Below are positions 10,056-19,695 of a stretch of DNA of 64,000 nucleotides, one piece after another. The position numbers and the translations under genes were made by a program. The notes under the pieces are model-generated. The model searched no databases and had not been told where the DNA came from. It saw only the letters and a list, made by a program, of their open reading frames with translations. Position 1 is the stretch's first letter. Every line of letters begins with the position of its first letter. Source of the DNA: a virus; IMG/VR virus record IMGVR_UViG_3300017987_000005, positions 119,649-183,648 of that record. One strand, given 5' to 3'.

Positions 10056-10765
10056 TAGAACGGTATAACCTCCGCAGCAGCACCATCAATTTCTTTTTCA
10101 GTCTCTTTCAAACCGACATCATAAATATATTGTATCGTTACTCGAGCAGTTTTATCCATGAAGGGTCTCGGCTTAACATAAAGAGCTTTACGCTTCTTCG
10201 TGTTCAGCTTTAATCCAGCATTGGCAAACAGCTCCTTCACAGTACTATCAATCGGAATAACAAATCCCGATTCAATTCTACGAGCTACGTCAGCATAGGA
10301 TAATCCGCTATGCGGCGTCTTTACAGGAACGGGTGACCGCAATCTCGCAGAAAACCCGACCCACAAGCTGAAGTTTTTCCCTTTTCCGGTAGCTCCGACA
10401 TCTATCCCGTCAGTTAACATACGCCCGCTATGCACCATCACTTTATCAGACGATGCCATAGGATATCCTAACTCACTATTCATATACTCACGTATACGGA
10501 TTGTCGCTTCACGTAAAGGCACTTGCGATGCTGCTGCTTGAGCAGTATTTGCAAATACTGTCTTCAATCCTTTAACAAACGTCGCACGTCCAGTCGCTCT
10601 CTTAAAAGATAACATCAAAACATCAGGAAGCTTAACCAAAGCCTTCTGTGCACGGCGGATATCACTCTTATAATAACGACTAGTCCGCCCCAAACGGAAA
10701 TTGATACTAAGAGCTTTGCGTGCTCCCTTAGTAGCTTTGATTTTTCCGAGTGTTGCGAGTGCCAT
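10055..10765 (-). CDS. putative tail completion / virion morphogenesis protein
   Basis: Basic; YADVARRIESG and VKPRPFM resemble HK97 gp10-like neck proteins. Confidence 0.55.
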   Translation of the reverse strand: MALATLGKIKATKGARKALSINFRLGRTSRYYKSDIRRAQKALVKLPDVLMLSFKRATGRATFVKGLKTVFANTAQAAASQVPLREATIRIREYMNSELGYPMASSDKVMVHSGRMLTDGIDVGATGKGKNFSLWVGFSARLRSPVPVKTPHSGLSYADVARRIESGFVIPIDSTVKELFANAGLKLNTKKRKALYVKPRPFMDKTARVTIQYIYDVGLKETEKEIDGAAAEVIPF

Positions 10766-11190
10766 TATACTGACGACCTTTCTTTTGCAGCCATGTAGTC
10801 TGCATATATTAAACGCTGTTTCCCCCCGAGAATACTCTCAGGGCGAACTTCGACAATTTCAAAATTTACTTTTGCTCCGGCAATTTCTATAATATAATCA
10901 CCGGTTCTTAAAACTACTCCGGCATCGTCCAGGTCCTTCTTCTTGAATACAAGATGCCCGGCAGTATTAATCCTATCACCAGTAGAAGTCGCTGTTTTCC
11001 GCTTAATCGCTGCGGAGTTGTTCTGACCATATACAGTAACAGTCTTGCGCTCTTCTTTCCCTACGGCTTCTCCGTAAACTCTATCAACATGAGTGTGGCT
11101 CATACGGAGCTGTGCTATCTTGATTTTAGCTAATGCCATCCTCATCGGAAGAGCATCATAATCAATCGAAGATACTAACGGGTCACTCAT
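10765..11190 (-). CDS. head closure / stopper protein
   Basis: DRVYGE, LRTGDYI, FEIVEV pattern; synteny. Confidence 0.55.
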   Translation of the reverse strand: MSDPLVSSIDYDALPMRMALAKIKIAQLRMSHTHVDRVYGEAVGKEERKTVTVYGQNNSAAIKRKTATSTGDRINTAGHLVFKKKDLDDAGVVLRTGDYIIEIAGAKVNFEIVEVRPESILGGKQRLIYADYMAAKERSSV

Positions 11191-12029
11191 TATATAAGCC
11201 TCACGTCAACGTTCGTACGATACCTCATCAAAATCTTATCAACTTCGTTAATTCCTGTTCCGACAGAATTAATCCCGTATGCCGAAGCTCCTGGGTCAGC
11301 TAAGCGGTACGTATAACTATCCGTAGTCTCACTTACCATCATCTGCTGAAACTGGTAACTCCGTTGCGCTTGGAGACCTCCGCCTTTCTTGGCTACGAGT
11401 TCCTGTGTACAATAAACTATATCCCGAGGTATGCGTCCAAACACGATAACCTCGTCGTCAACTGCGACGCTTTCGGCTAGCGGGTCAACTTTAACAATAT
11501 GGTCATCGCATACTTCGCAAATAATAGCAGAAACATAATTATCAATGAGCACGACACTTCCTTTGCTCATTCCCGCAGTCGAGTCGAACACAAGAGTGTC
11601 CGAACCTTCCGCAGCAGCAGTCGTAACGGTAGTGGTTACTTTGGTACGTGCATGATTAAGCCAACCAAAGTAACCAGCTACCGAGACTTGACTGTATAAA
11701 AGCGAACTGTATTCAGCATTATCCTCAGCACTCTGAACAACTACGTGCTCAGTATCGAAAGGCAAATCCTTGTATCCGCCGTTAGGCGAAAAGTCCGCTT
11801 CGACTGGTTCCGATATCTCAATGATAGGAACCTTACCACGCATAACAAACCGTCCATCATACAACTGCTCCATCTGTCCCGCAAAGTAAAGCGGGGTAAA
11901 CCACTTCCCTGTAATACGGTTAATGGTTTCACTCCAAAGCTCAATTTGGCGGAGTATTTCGTCCACCCCTTGTTCCGTTCCGGAATAGGCTTTGGCTTCA
12001 GCAACAGTGCAATATCTGAACGGATACAT
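11190..12029 (-). CDS. head-tail adaptor with inserted beta domain
   Basis: YCTVAE.K, INRITG..F, IPRDIVYCT, SET.DSYTY, ILMRYR. Confidence 0.7.
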   Translation of the reverse strand: MYPFRYCTVAEAKAYSGTEQGVDEILRQIELWSETINRITGKWFTPLYFAGQMEQLYDGRFVMRGKVPIIEISEPVEADFSPNGGYKDLPFDTEHVVVQSAEDNAEYSSLLYSQVSVAGYFGWLNHARTKVTTTVTTAAAEGSDTLVFDSTAGMSKGSVVLIDNYVSAIICEVCDDHIVKVDPLAESVAVDDEVIVFGRIPRDIVYCTQELVAKKGGGLQAQRSYQFQQMMVSETTDSYTYRLADPGASAYGINSVGTGINEVDKILMRYRTNVDVRLI

Positions 12030-12038
12030 CAGCGTCTC

Positions 12039-12407
12039 CTACTTCCCTGCGCTCTTCTTGGCGCTCTTTTTCTTAGCGCTGGAAGTTTTTTTCTTGGGTT
12101 CAGCAGGCTTCTCCTCTGCTTTGGGTTCAGGGGGTGTGGCTGCCGGAGCAGGTTTCTCCCCTCCCATCGTCACATAAGAGATAGCACCAGCGGGGCCATT
12201 GTTCGTAGGAAGTTCGCTGTTTTCGACGGGCTTACCTTTCTTATCCGTCTCAATAAAATCCGGGTTTCCCGCGAATTTCATCTGGTCATTGAAGTTTTTC
12301 ACTTCTACCGGACTACCAGGTCTGAACTGGTAAACGGCTGACCCATCATCAGCAATCTTCGAATACGAAGCAGAGCCCTGATACACAAAATATCTTGATT
12401 CTGCCAT
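12039..12407 (-). CDS. hypothetical capsid-associated protein with Pro/Lys-rich tail
   Basis: ORF with AGGAG RBS after the capsid gene. Confidence 0.7.
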   Translation of the reverse strand: MAESRYFVYQGSASYSKIADDGSAVYQFRPGSPVEVKNFNDQMKFAGNPDFIETDKKGKPVENSELPTNNGPAGAISYVTMGGEKPAPAATPPEPKAEEKPAEPKKKTSSAKKKSAKKSAGK

Positions 12408-12547
12408 CGAAACTACTCCTCTTCAAAAGGAAAACAATTTGGGACACTTATCGGAAGGAGGTACAGCACTCCTACACTGTTAGTGCAAGAGTGCTGCCCA
12501 TTCCCTATCACGTTAAGGTATCCCGTAAATTAGGCTACGAGCCTACC

Positions 12548-13861
12548 TTAGATTGAAGCCAGGCGGACGTTCTTAGCCTTCACGATGGCATCGAGGTTCT
12601 CAACCTTCACGTCGAGCTGGTTGTACACGATATTTTCAATCGTGTCTTTCTTCTCGTTGAATTTCGTGAAGATACGAGTTCCGGCAAGAATACCACAGAT
12701 GAAGTTCTGCGGGTTGCCGAGCCAGATGAAGGAACCTTCCAAAACGGTCCCGCCGCTGTCAGTACCGTCCACATCGATACCATTGATACCGAGAGTGGTT
12801 TCAGCACCGTTCGCCGGAGTGTTAACGATGACCTCGGTGTCCACACCGGTTTCAGTCGTTTTCAGCTTCAGGCGGTTGTCAGCGGTTGCTTCCGCAAGAC
12901 CGGCAGCGCCAGCAGTTGCGATAGCAGCATTGATTTCCTTAGCCACCTGACCAGCGTGCAGCGTACCTTCTGACAGAGTCAGGGTTACGTTGACGGTGAC
13001 GTCAGACGAGTCAGTGAAATCGATGTCAAGCGCATCGTTGGAACCAGCAACAATTACGAACGGGTCGTATTTGTAACCGATTGCTTCAGCCGCAGTAGCA
13101 GCTCCAGCAGAAACGGGGAGGTCTTCAGGAATCATCTCAACAGTCAGGATAGGAATCCCGAGCGGGTTGAGACCCTGTCCTTCGACAGCGTTCCCGTAGA
13201 CACCAGCAACTTTGTCAGCAGCCAGGCTAGCTACCCAGTCATCCAGCAGCGCGTCAGACATAATCCAGCGAAGGCCGGGGTCATTGCGGTACTGTTTCGG
13301 AAGCTGACGTTTCATGACGCGGAACACATCTTTCGAAATGCTTGCGCCGGCAACGTCGAGAATATGAGAATTCTCAGTCTGGAGGTCCCAGCCGTCGAGA
13401 CGGTTGAGCAGGCGGGCAACTTTCGTTGCAGAACCAGCAGTGGTATCACCCTGGATACCGAGCATCTCGAGGTCAGTCGCGATGCGCTGAGTCATGCCCT
13501 GCATCATGGTGTCTTCAAAGCCGGCCTGTTCGATGTTATTCTGGAGCGTTTCCGTAGAAATATTCCAGGTTGACCGAACCTTAACGGCAGTCAGTGTCAC
13601 CTTGTTGTATTTGGGCTCACCTTCGTTGTTCGGGGACCCCTGTTCCGTTGCTTCAGCAGCGGATTCAGTGATAGGCTCACCGATGTGAACTTTATCAATG
13701 TCCTCGAGTTTCTGAGTCATCGTGATTGTGCGGCAATTGTCAAGCATTGTTGAGAACTGCTTTACGTACATGATGAACTTGTCCTGCTGCTTCGGATGAA
13801 GCAAACCGCCATGCAGGAAATCAGCGGTTTCGATTGTTTTAAGGATTTCTTCGTTGTCCAT
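12548..13861 (-). CDS. major capsid protein (HK97 fold) with ~120 aa insertion
   Basis: GGLLHPKQQDKF, ISTETLQNNIE, IATDLEMLGIQGD, LPKQYR, NPQNF; strong codon bias. Confidence 0.9.
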   Translation of the reverse strand: MDNEEILKTIETADFLHGGLLHPKQQDKFIMYVKQFSTMLDNCRTITMTQKLEDIDKVHIGEPITESAAEATEQGSPNNEGEPKYNKVTLTAVKVRSTWNISTETLQNNIEQAGFEDTMMQGMTQRIATDLEMLGIQGDTTAGSATKVARLLNRLDGWDLQTENSHILDVAGASISKDVFRVMKRQLPKQYRNDPGLRWIMSDALLDDWVASLAADKVAGVYGNAVEGQGLNPLGIPILTVEMIPEDLPVSAGAATAAEAIGYKYDPFVIVAGSNDALDIDFTDSSDVTVNVTLTLSEGTLHAGQVAKEINAAIATAGAAGLAEATADNRLKLKTTETGVDTEVIVNTPANGAETTLGINGIDVDGTDSGGTVLEGSFIWLGNPQNFICGILAGTRIFTKFNEKKDTIENIVYNQLDVKVENLDAIVKAKNVRLASI

Positions 13862-13911
13862 CCTATAAACTCCTTTTCAAAAAGCAATTAGGAATAAAAA
13901 GTAAAATCAAA

Positions 13912-16900
13912 TTACTGCTTCTGACCTCTCATGCCAAAAGCCTGTTTTGCAGGATTGCCGAACATTCCACGGAAAACGTTATCTTCATCGATTTCGTCTC
14001 CGCCCTCGCCACCGGCGTCTTCTTTGTTCTGGTTACTCCCACTTGACCCATCCTCAAGGTCAGCAATTCTGTTCGAGAGTCCGGACAGGGTTTTCTTTAC
14101 CTCAGCATTCTGTTCGCTTGACACGGAGATTGCTTTCGCAATATCTTCCAGCGTCTTCACGAAGCCACCAGCGACATCCTTCAGCACAGCTTCAGTTTTC
14201 TCAGTAACCGCTTTGTTAATATCCTCAGCAGTTACAGAGCTGTCGGGCAGACCTTTCTCTGTGAGATACTTATCCATAGACTCAAGCAGATTTTTAAGCT
14301 CGGGACTCACAGCCTGACCACCGAGGGCCAGAGCAATAGCCTGCTGGAGAGCAGACCTGAATCCGTCAATACCGTCAAGAACAGGAGGAAGCTCTTTTTC
14401 TTCAGCGTCACCTTCACCATCAGCGTCAGAATCGCTGCCAGCTTCTCCTTCTGCATCGCCCGCGTCACCTTCAGCGTTTCCGCCTTCAGCTTCGCCCTCT
14501 TCGTCATCGCCTCCTTCGTCGGAAGCATCTTCCTCATCTTCTTTGGTTTTCAGATGAGATTTGAGGATAGAGTCAAAGATGGACTTTTCTTCTCCACCCT
14601 CGGCATCATCCCCTTCGCCTTCAGCTTCGCCGTCACCGGCATCAGCATCAGCATCGCCTTCGGCAGCGTCACCACCTTCGGCAGCGTCGTCACCTTCAGC
14701 AGGCGCATCACCATCACCTTCAGCAGGTGCGGCGTCATCACTTTCAGCGTCTCCTTCAGCAGGAGCATCGCCTTCACCTTCAGCAGGAGCATCGTCACCG
14801 CCTTCAGCAGGTGCGTCATCTCCTCCTTCAGTAGCGTCACCGTCAGAAGCATCCGCAGCTTCATCCTCTTTGGTAACGTCTTTGTCTGCGTCCTCGGTCG
14901 GAGCATCGTTATTATCCTTATCAGTAGTAACGACATCCTCCTGGACTTCGTCTTCGATTTTCTTGCCCATATTGGATTCTCCTTCAATTAATTCACTAAA
15001 CCATAGCATTTCTATGCCTTGCGTCTCAAAATGCATTGCAAAATTGTTGAGCGTAATACTTTCGCTCACTTCTCCCGGCGAATCACTGCCCATCAAAGCA
15101 GTACCGCACTCAGGACAATCAATAGTCCTGCAAGGAACACCGGCTTCTTTATCCTGAGTAAATCCACAGTCCGGGCATACACAATAAGCCCAGCCTTGTT
15201 TCGCGATAGAAGCAAGCTTTTCGGGAGGAGTTATATCAAATTCTTCAAAATGCTTATTCAAATGAGCAGCTACCTCCTTGGCATCATCCGAACCGACTCT
15301 ACCGCCATCCTTAACACCAAGAAGTTCTGCGGCTGATACAATCAATCCGCGAAGAATTGTCTTACCGTCAGAATGGTGTTGATATTTCAAAACATCTCCG
15401 TCAGCCCACGCGTAATCGTTGACTTCTTTCGAAGCACTGATATTATCTTCGACATCCGCGAGCGGAAGAGAAACAAAAGCAATTATATTGTCCGACATGA
15501 CGTCACCTCCTAATTTATGGACATGGTTTTCGACTTCTTCCATAAACCTGTGGTCACTTATTGAATGAGTGTGTCCGAGGGATTTCAACGCAATACCCTT
15601 ACCGTCACGATTCCGGACAATATATTTATGGAAGTGCCCACCGGCAGCTTTTGACGTGCCGACAGTGTAGTCGTCGGACAACCTGCTTACTTGTCCGGTA
15701 ATCCCATCTGCAATAACTGATGTACGCATGATGGCATCACCGATTGGACCGTTAGGCATTGGGAATTTTATTCCCTTTATTGTAAATGGGCTCTTCACTT
15801 CAGTAAGTGCGAACGATGCAGACTCTTCATCGTAGTAGCCCGTCTTTTCAAAAGCATCTGACAAGAACCTGAGAATTGTTCCGAAAAAATCCTGGTCTTC
15901 CAGCGTCGTATCAGACATAACTTCGCTGCGTTTCTTTGCATGATTTATGTCATCAACAATCTGGCGGGCGACTTTCGCTACACGCTTAACGTCATCGTCC
16001 GTAGTCTCAACGCTCTTATCAGTAATAATATTTCCGAGGTACAAGCCATACTCATACATATCTGCGCACTGCTGCCTTACCTCATCATAAACTTCTTTAT
16101 CGCTGCATTTTCCGCTACACGCACATTCCAGGACATCCTTAAAACGGCGCTCTGCGGAATCAACGAACTTCTCAACACTCTTGACATCAAAAGTCCTGCG
16201 AAATTTATCGTAATCAGATTTGAATGCATCGGCGCGTGCGCTGAGCTGCTTCATATAAGCATACATTAAATCGTCAGAGATTTCATTTTTCGCGTACATG
16301 TTGTGAACTTTCGTTGCCCACTCATCATACGAAGCTCCGTCACCAAAAAGAGTTTCTTCAGGAAGAGCTTTGACAGTCAAACGATTATCAACAGAAAGTT
16401 CCACAACACCCATCATCAGAATGTGCGTGTGCTCACGCGCAGTATCAGTTTTCATAAGGTCACTGATAGTATGCGTATGTTCTGTCCCTTCGAATCCCCA
16501 TATCGACATCCCGGTCTCTCCGGCTACGACTTCCCCGTCCACTACGTACATAGCGAACTCGTGGAAATGCTCGTCCATATCAGCGTTACCGGTAAGACCA
16601 GTAATAATCTTCCCGTTACCGCCATTCTCTTTCTGAATAGCGACGAGAGCTTTGCGGTATTTCGCAGGGTTGAACTCAGGTATCCCGCCAAGGATATCCT
16701 TAATCATCGCCTGCAAGAATCCTGCGCGCTGATTGCAAGCTTGATTCTTTCGAGTACAAGCAATATGGTCCAGCTCGATTCCATGAATAACACGGACGCG
16801 AATACCTTCACTATTAATCTCATACTCAATCCCGGCATCGGGGTCAAGATAACCACCAATGCTCATCTGCCACTCCGCCCTGCCCTCGAGAACATCCTGG

Positions 16901-17241
16901 AACAGGCGGGTGCTCTGCGGGAAGGTTTCGTCCAGCTCGATATCAATAACGAGATTTACCTTATCGGCTTCCTCTTCCTTCCAGGCTTCGCTGGTAACGC
17001 CTATCGGGAATGTTGAGCGATGGTTGTCGAGAATATCGACTCCCCTATTACACTGTTCGACGAACCCGTCAATGCACCGCTCGCTCATGCGGTCATTTTC
17101 GCAGTCCGGCTTAGAATCGCTGGCAATAGCCACGACATGCATTTTCTCTTCGCCGGTAGAATCGTCCTTTTTCGTGTACGCTTTGAATACTCGCGTATTA
17201 AAAGCAACTTTTTTTCTACTCATTGTTATTATCTCCTTCAT
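13912..17241 (-). CDS. prohead protease-scaffold fusion
   Basis: ASDSKPD..NDRM, DNH, MSIGG, LDHIACTR protease motifs; His repeats, Zn ribbon, acidic region, coiled-coil C-terminus; start may be MSRKK. Confidence 0.85.
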   Translation of the reverse strand: MKEIITMSRKKVAFNTRVFKAYTKKDDSTGEEKMHVVAIASDSKPDCENDRMSERCIDGFVEQCNRGVDILDNHRSTFPIGVTSEAWKEEEADKVNLVIDIELDETFPQSTRLFQDVLEGRAEWQMSIGGYLDPDAGIEYEINSEGIRVRVIHGIELDHIACTRKNQACNQRAGFLQAMIKDILGGIPEFNPAKYRKALVAIQKENGGNGKIITGLTGNADMDEHFHEFAMYVVDGEVVAGETGMSIWGFEGTEHTHTISDLMKTDTAREHTHILMMGVVELSVDNRLTVKALPEETLFGDGASYDEWATKVHNMYAKNEISDDLMYAYMKQLSARADAFKSDYDKFRRTFDVKSVEKFVDSAERRFKDVLECACSGKCSDKEVYDEVRQQCADMYEYGLYLGNIITDKSVETTDDDVKRVAKVARQIVDDINHAKKRSEVMSDTTLEDQDFFGTILRFLSDAFEKTGYYDEESASFALTEVKSPFTIKGIKFPMPNGPIGDAIMRTSVIADGITGQVSRLSDDYTVGTSKAAGGHFHKYIVRNRDGKGIALKSLGHTHSISDHRFMEEVENHVHKLGGDVMSDNIIAFVSLPLADVEDNISASKEVNDYAWADGDVLKYQHHSDGKTILRGLIVSAAELLGVKDGGRVGSDDAKEVAAHLNKHFEEFDITPPEKLASIAKQGWAYCVCPDCGFTQDKEAGVPCRTIDCPECGTALMGSDSPGEVSESITLNNFAMHFETQGIEMLWFSELIEGESNMGKKIEDEVQEDVVTTDKDNNDAPTEDADKDVTKEDEAADASDGDATEGGDDAPAEGGDDAPAEGEGDAPAEGDAESDDAAPAEGDGDAPAEGDDAAEGGDAAEGDADADAGDGEAEGEGDDAEGGEEKSIFDSILKSHLKTKEDEEDASDEGGDDEEGEAEGGNAEGDAGDAEGEAGSDSDADGEGDAEEKELPPVLDGIDGFRSALQQAIALALGGQAVSPELKNLLESMDKYLTEKGLPDSSVTAEDINKAVTEKTEAVLKDVAGGFVKTLEDIAKAISVSSEQNAEVKKTLSGLSNRIADLEDGSSGSNQNKEDAGGEGGDEIDEDNVFRGMFGNPAKQAFGMRGQKQ
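14590..14860 (-). repeat. degenerate ~21-24 bp tandem repeats encoding (AEGGDDAP)n
   Basis: Repeated CCTTCAGCAGG/CCTTCGGCAG units on the + strand. Confidence 0.8.
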
Positions 17242-19039
17242 CCGGATTAATGTCTACATCCGTTCCATCCTCGTCATCTTCATCGTCCGGTTCAGCAGCA
17301 GGCTCTACCGCCTGACTTCCTGTACCGGTATAGACTCCGACCTTATCGAAATATGGAATCGGAGTATCGCCGAAATCGAGGTCATCGGGATAACGTTCTA
17401 AACCCAACTCCTGACGAACTTCATTAGGAGTTACAACTCCATTCTCGAGATAAATCTCGTGAACTTCTGCTTTATCGGCTTCATCCAGAACTTTCGGACG
17501 CTCGAACTCAAGCTTTACTAACGGGAGCGACTCGAACATAAGTATATCATTATTCTCATCATCCTTACGAATCCGATTAAACTTCATAAGTCCAGTAGCC
17601 TGAAGTACATCGATAACATAATCATTGCGCTTACGACGCGTTTCATGCTGGCACATCTCTTCTTCAGACAGGGAGGACTTCGAAAAGAATATGCCGCCGA
17701 AATGTCTGCGCTGTATGCGCTCGAGAACTCCGTCATCTAAAAACTGCTTGGCTTTATTAATTACTGAATAGAAGTCTTTCTGATTCACTCCTTCGGAACT
17801 TGAGAACATATCCATGATAACCGTATGGTAAAATGTGTGCTCTACCTGTTTCTGCGTCGGGTCAAACTCCTGCTCATTGGTAATTTCCTTGGTAGCATAT
17901 GCAACTGCTTTATTGACGTCCTCGGGAGTAAAAAACGCTTTCGCAATCCCAAATGCTTCGCGAACTTCCTCATCGTTCTGCATGCGATAATTCTGAAAAC
18001 TGGCGTCATCCGTCTCACCAACGGTCAACGGCTTCAACTGAACGTCCGGCTTTGCTTGAGATGTGAACTGAGTAGCTTCGCTATCCACCTGAATAATCAT
18101 CATGCGATGCGCATTAGAAACTCCTTTGGATGCTTTGAAGAATTTCTGAATTGTGTCCACAGAATCTTGCGAAAGCTTCCCACCAGATATTGTAAGAGCC
18201 ATTCTCGGAACAGCATCGTTACGAAAGAAATTCAGGTTACGTTCAGCCGCAGCCCTATTACCCATTATAGCAGGTGCGGTTGATTTATAACGAGGTACTC
18301 CATAAAAGTCATCTACAGTATTGTATTCTTTGAAATGAATCATCTCTGAAGCGCGCTTCTTAATTCCCACGCTTCCACCGAGTTCCCCGGTGTCCATATC
18401 CATATTACGGGTTTCTCCGAAATGTTTGAAATAACGAAGAGTGTTTCCACGTAACTGGACAAAACCATTCCCGTTCTTAAGAACACGAATTGTTCTGGAT
18501 TTAGCATGATATAACTCTACGATGTCACCTTTTCGATTACGGACAACTTCTATATAACCATTTCCAATAAGCAATCTGTCAGTCATGAACATATTGCATA
18601 AATCAGAAAACGGCGTATCCGTATTCGGTTTTAACAACAAGTCTAGTAACATCATTTTTTCAAGCTCATAACGCTGCTTAAGCTCATCGGGTGCTTCCCG
18701 ATTAATAGTAACTGTAGAAGTAACTTTCCACCCCAGCCCCACAGTATTGCGCGAATACAACCGCACACACTGAGCAAGACGAGTATTGAACTCCATCATC
18801 GAAGCCCACAAATCAATATCAAAAGTAGGCTTCGCTATTTCGTTCTCTTTGAACGTCTTGGTCTGCTGCTGGGCGGGTTTCTTCTGCGTCGAACCCTCAG
18901 TGGGTTGCGACAAAGATTTCTCCTCAAAGATGCCTCCGAAATCGTTGCCTTCAATGACAACAGCTTCGTACACTATCCCGGCATCCTTGGCAGTACCCTT
19001 CTCCACACCTTCAAGTGTACTTGTTCCAGGTTCAGCCAT
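17216..19039 (-). CDS. portal protein (PBSX/HK97-like)
   Basis: GNGYIEVVRN, EMIHFK, FYGVP, FFRNDAVP, DASF..YR, TPNEVRQELG. Confidence 0.93.
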   Translation of the reverse strand: MAEPGTSTLEGVEKGTAKDAGIVYEAVVIEGNDFGGIFEEKSLSQPTEGSTQKKPAQQQTKTFKENEIAKPTFDIDLWASMMEFNTRLAQCVRLYSRNTVGLGWKVTSTVTINREAPDELKQRYELEKMMLLDLLLKPNTDTPFSDLCNMFMTDRLLIGNGYIEVVRNRKGDIVELYHAKSRTIRVLKNGNGFVQLRGNTLRYFKHFGETRNMDMDTGELGGSVGIKKRASEMIHFKEYNTVDDFYGVPRYKSTAPAIMGNRAAAERNLNFFRNDAVPRMALTISGGKLSQDSVDTIQKFFKASKGVSNAHRMMIIQVDSEATQFTSQAKPDVQLKPLTVGETDDASFQNYRMQNDEEVREAFGIAKAFFTPEDVNKAVAYATKEITNEQEFDPTQKQVEHTFYHTVIMDMFSSSEGVNQKDFYSVINKAKQFLDDGVLERIQRRHFGGIFFSKSSLSEEEMCQHETRRKRNDYVIDVLQATGLMKFNRIRKDDENNDILMFESLPLVKLEFERPKVLDEADKAEVHEIYLENGVVTPNEVRQELGLERYPDDLDFGDTPIPYFDKVGVYTGTGSQAVEPAAEPDDEDDEDGTDVDINPDEGDNNNE

Positions 19040-19080
19040 ACCTTATACTACCTCGTAAAAAACGCCACAAAAAATAAATA

Positions 19081-19695
19081 TTATCCGAAGAGGCGTACGT
19101 TACGTACTTGCGGATTCGGGGGAACTTCCCCTCCGGTCATGGCAAATGATGCCATGTTTTTCTTACGACCTCTTCCTCCACCGCCAAAAGCGAATGTTAT
19201 TCCGCTTACATCTTTTTCTTTCCGGTCTTCTTCAGACATCTTCCCGATAAGGGCGTAGATATCACGACCGAGCCTGATAATACGAATACTGTCCACCTTA
19301 ATATTAGAATTAAGGATGAACTCACGTCCTTCGTCCCTGTCCACAACTTCGGCATCATCCAAACCTGCGGTAACTGATTCGCGAAGAACACGGAACTTCT
19401 TGTCATACTCACGACGAGTTTCCGAGTAGTTCCTAAGCACGATAACTGATAGCGGAACAAAGTCCTCAATCTTATTATCATGTCTGTAAATGCTGTCGGC
19501 ACTGTAACTCAATGACTTATTAAAGTCGAGCCACGCACTTTTCAAAAACGTCCCACAGGAGGAACACGTAAATCCCTTTCCGGGATATATTCCGTGGTTA
19601 CGTTCTACGTGCCGGAGACAGCATGGACTGATAACCGCGTCATGCATCGGCTTAAAAGTTTTCAGTCTACTCTCCATATTAGTCTCCCATATCAA
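19081..19695 (-). CDS. hypothetical protein with Cys motifs
   Basis: ORF between TerL and portal; PCC and CSSC. Confidence 0.65.
   Translation of the reverse strand: MIWETNMESRLKTFKPMHDAVISPCCLRHVERNHGIYPGKGFTCSSCGTFLKSAWLDFNKSLSYSADSIYRHDNKIEDFVPLSVIVLRNYSETRREYDKKFRVLRESVTAGLDDAEVVDRDEGREFILNSNIKVDSIRIIRLGRDIYALIGKMSEEDRKEKDVSGITFAFGGGGRGRKKNMASFAMTGGEVPPNPQVRNVRLFG

Noticed and set aside
14590-14860. Tandem repeats as a CRISPR array
   Set aside because: Degenerate, codon-phased, no unique spacers; low-complexity coding sequence
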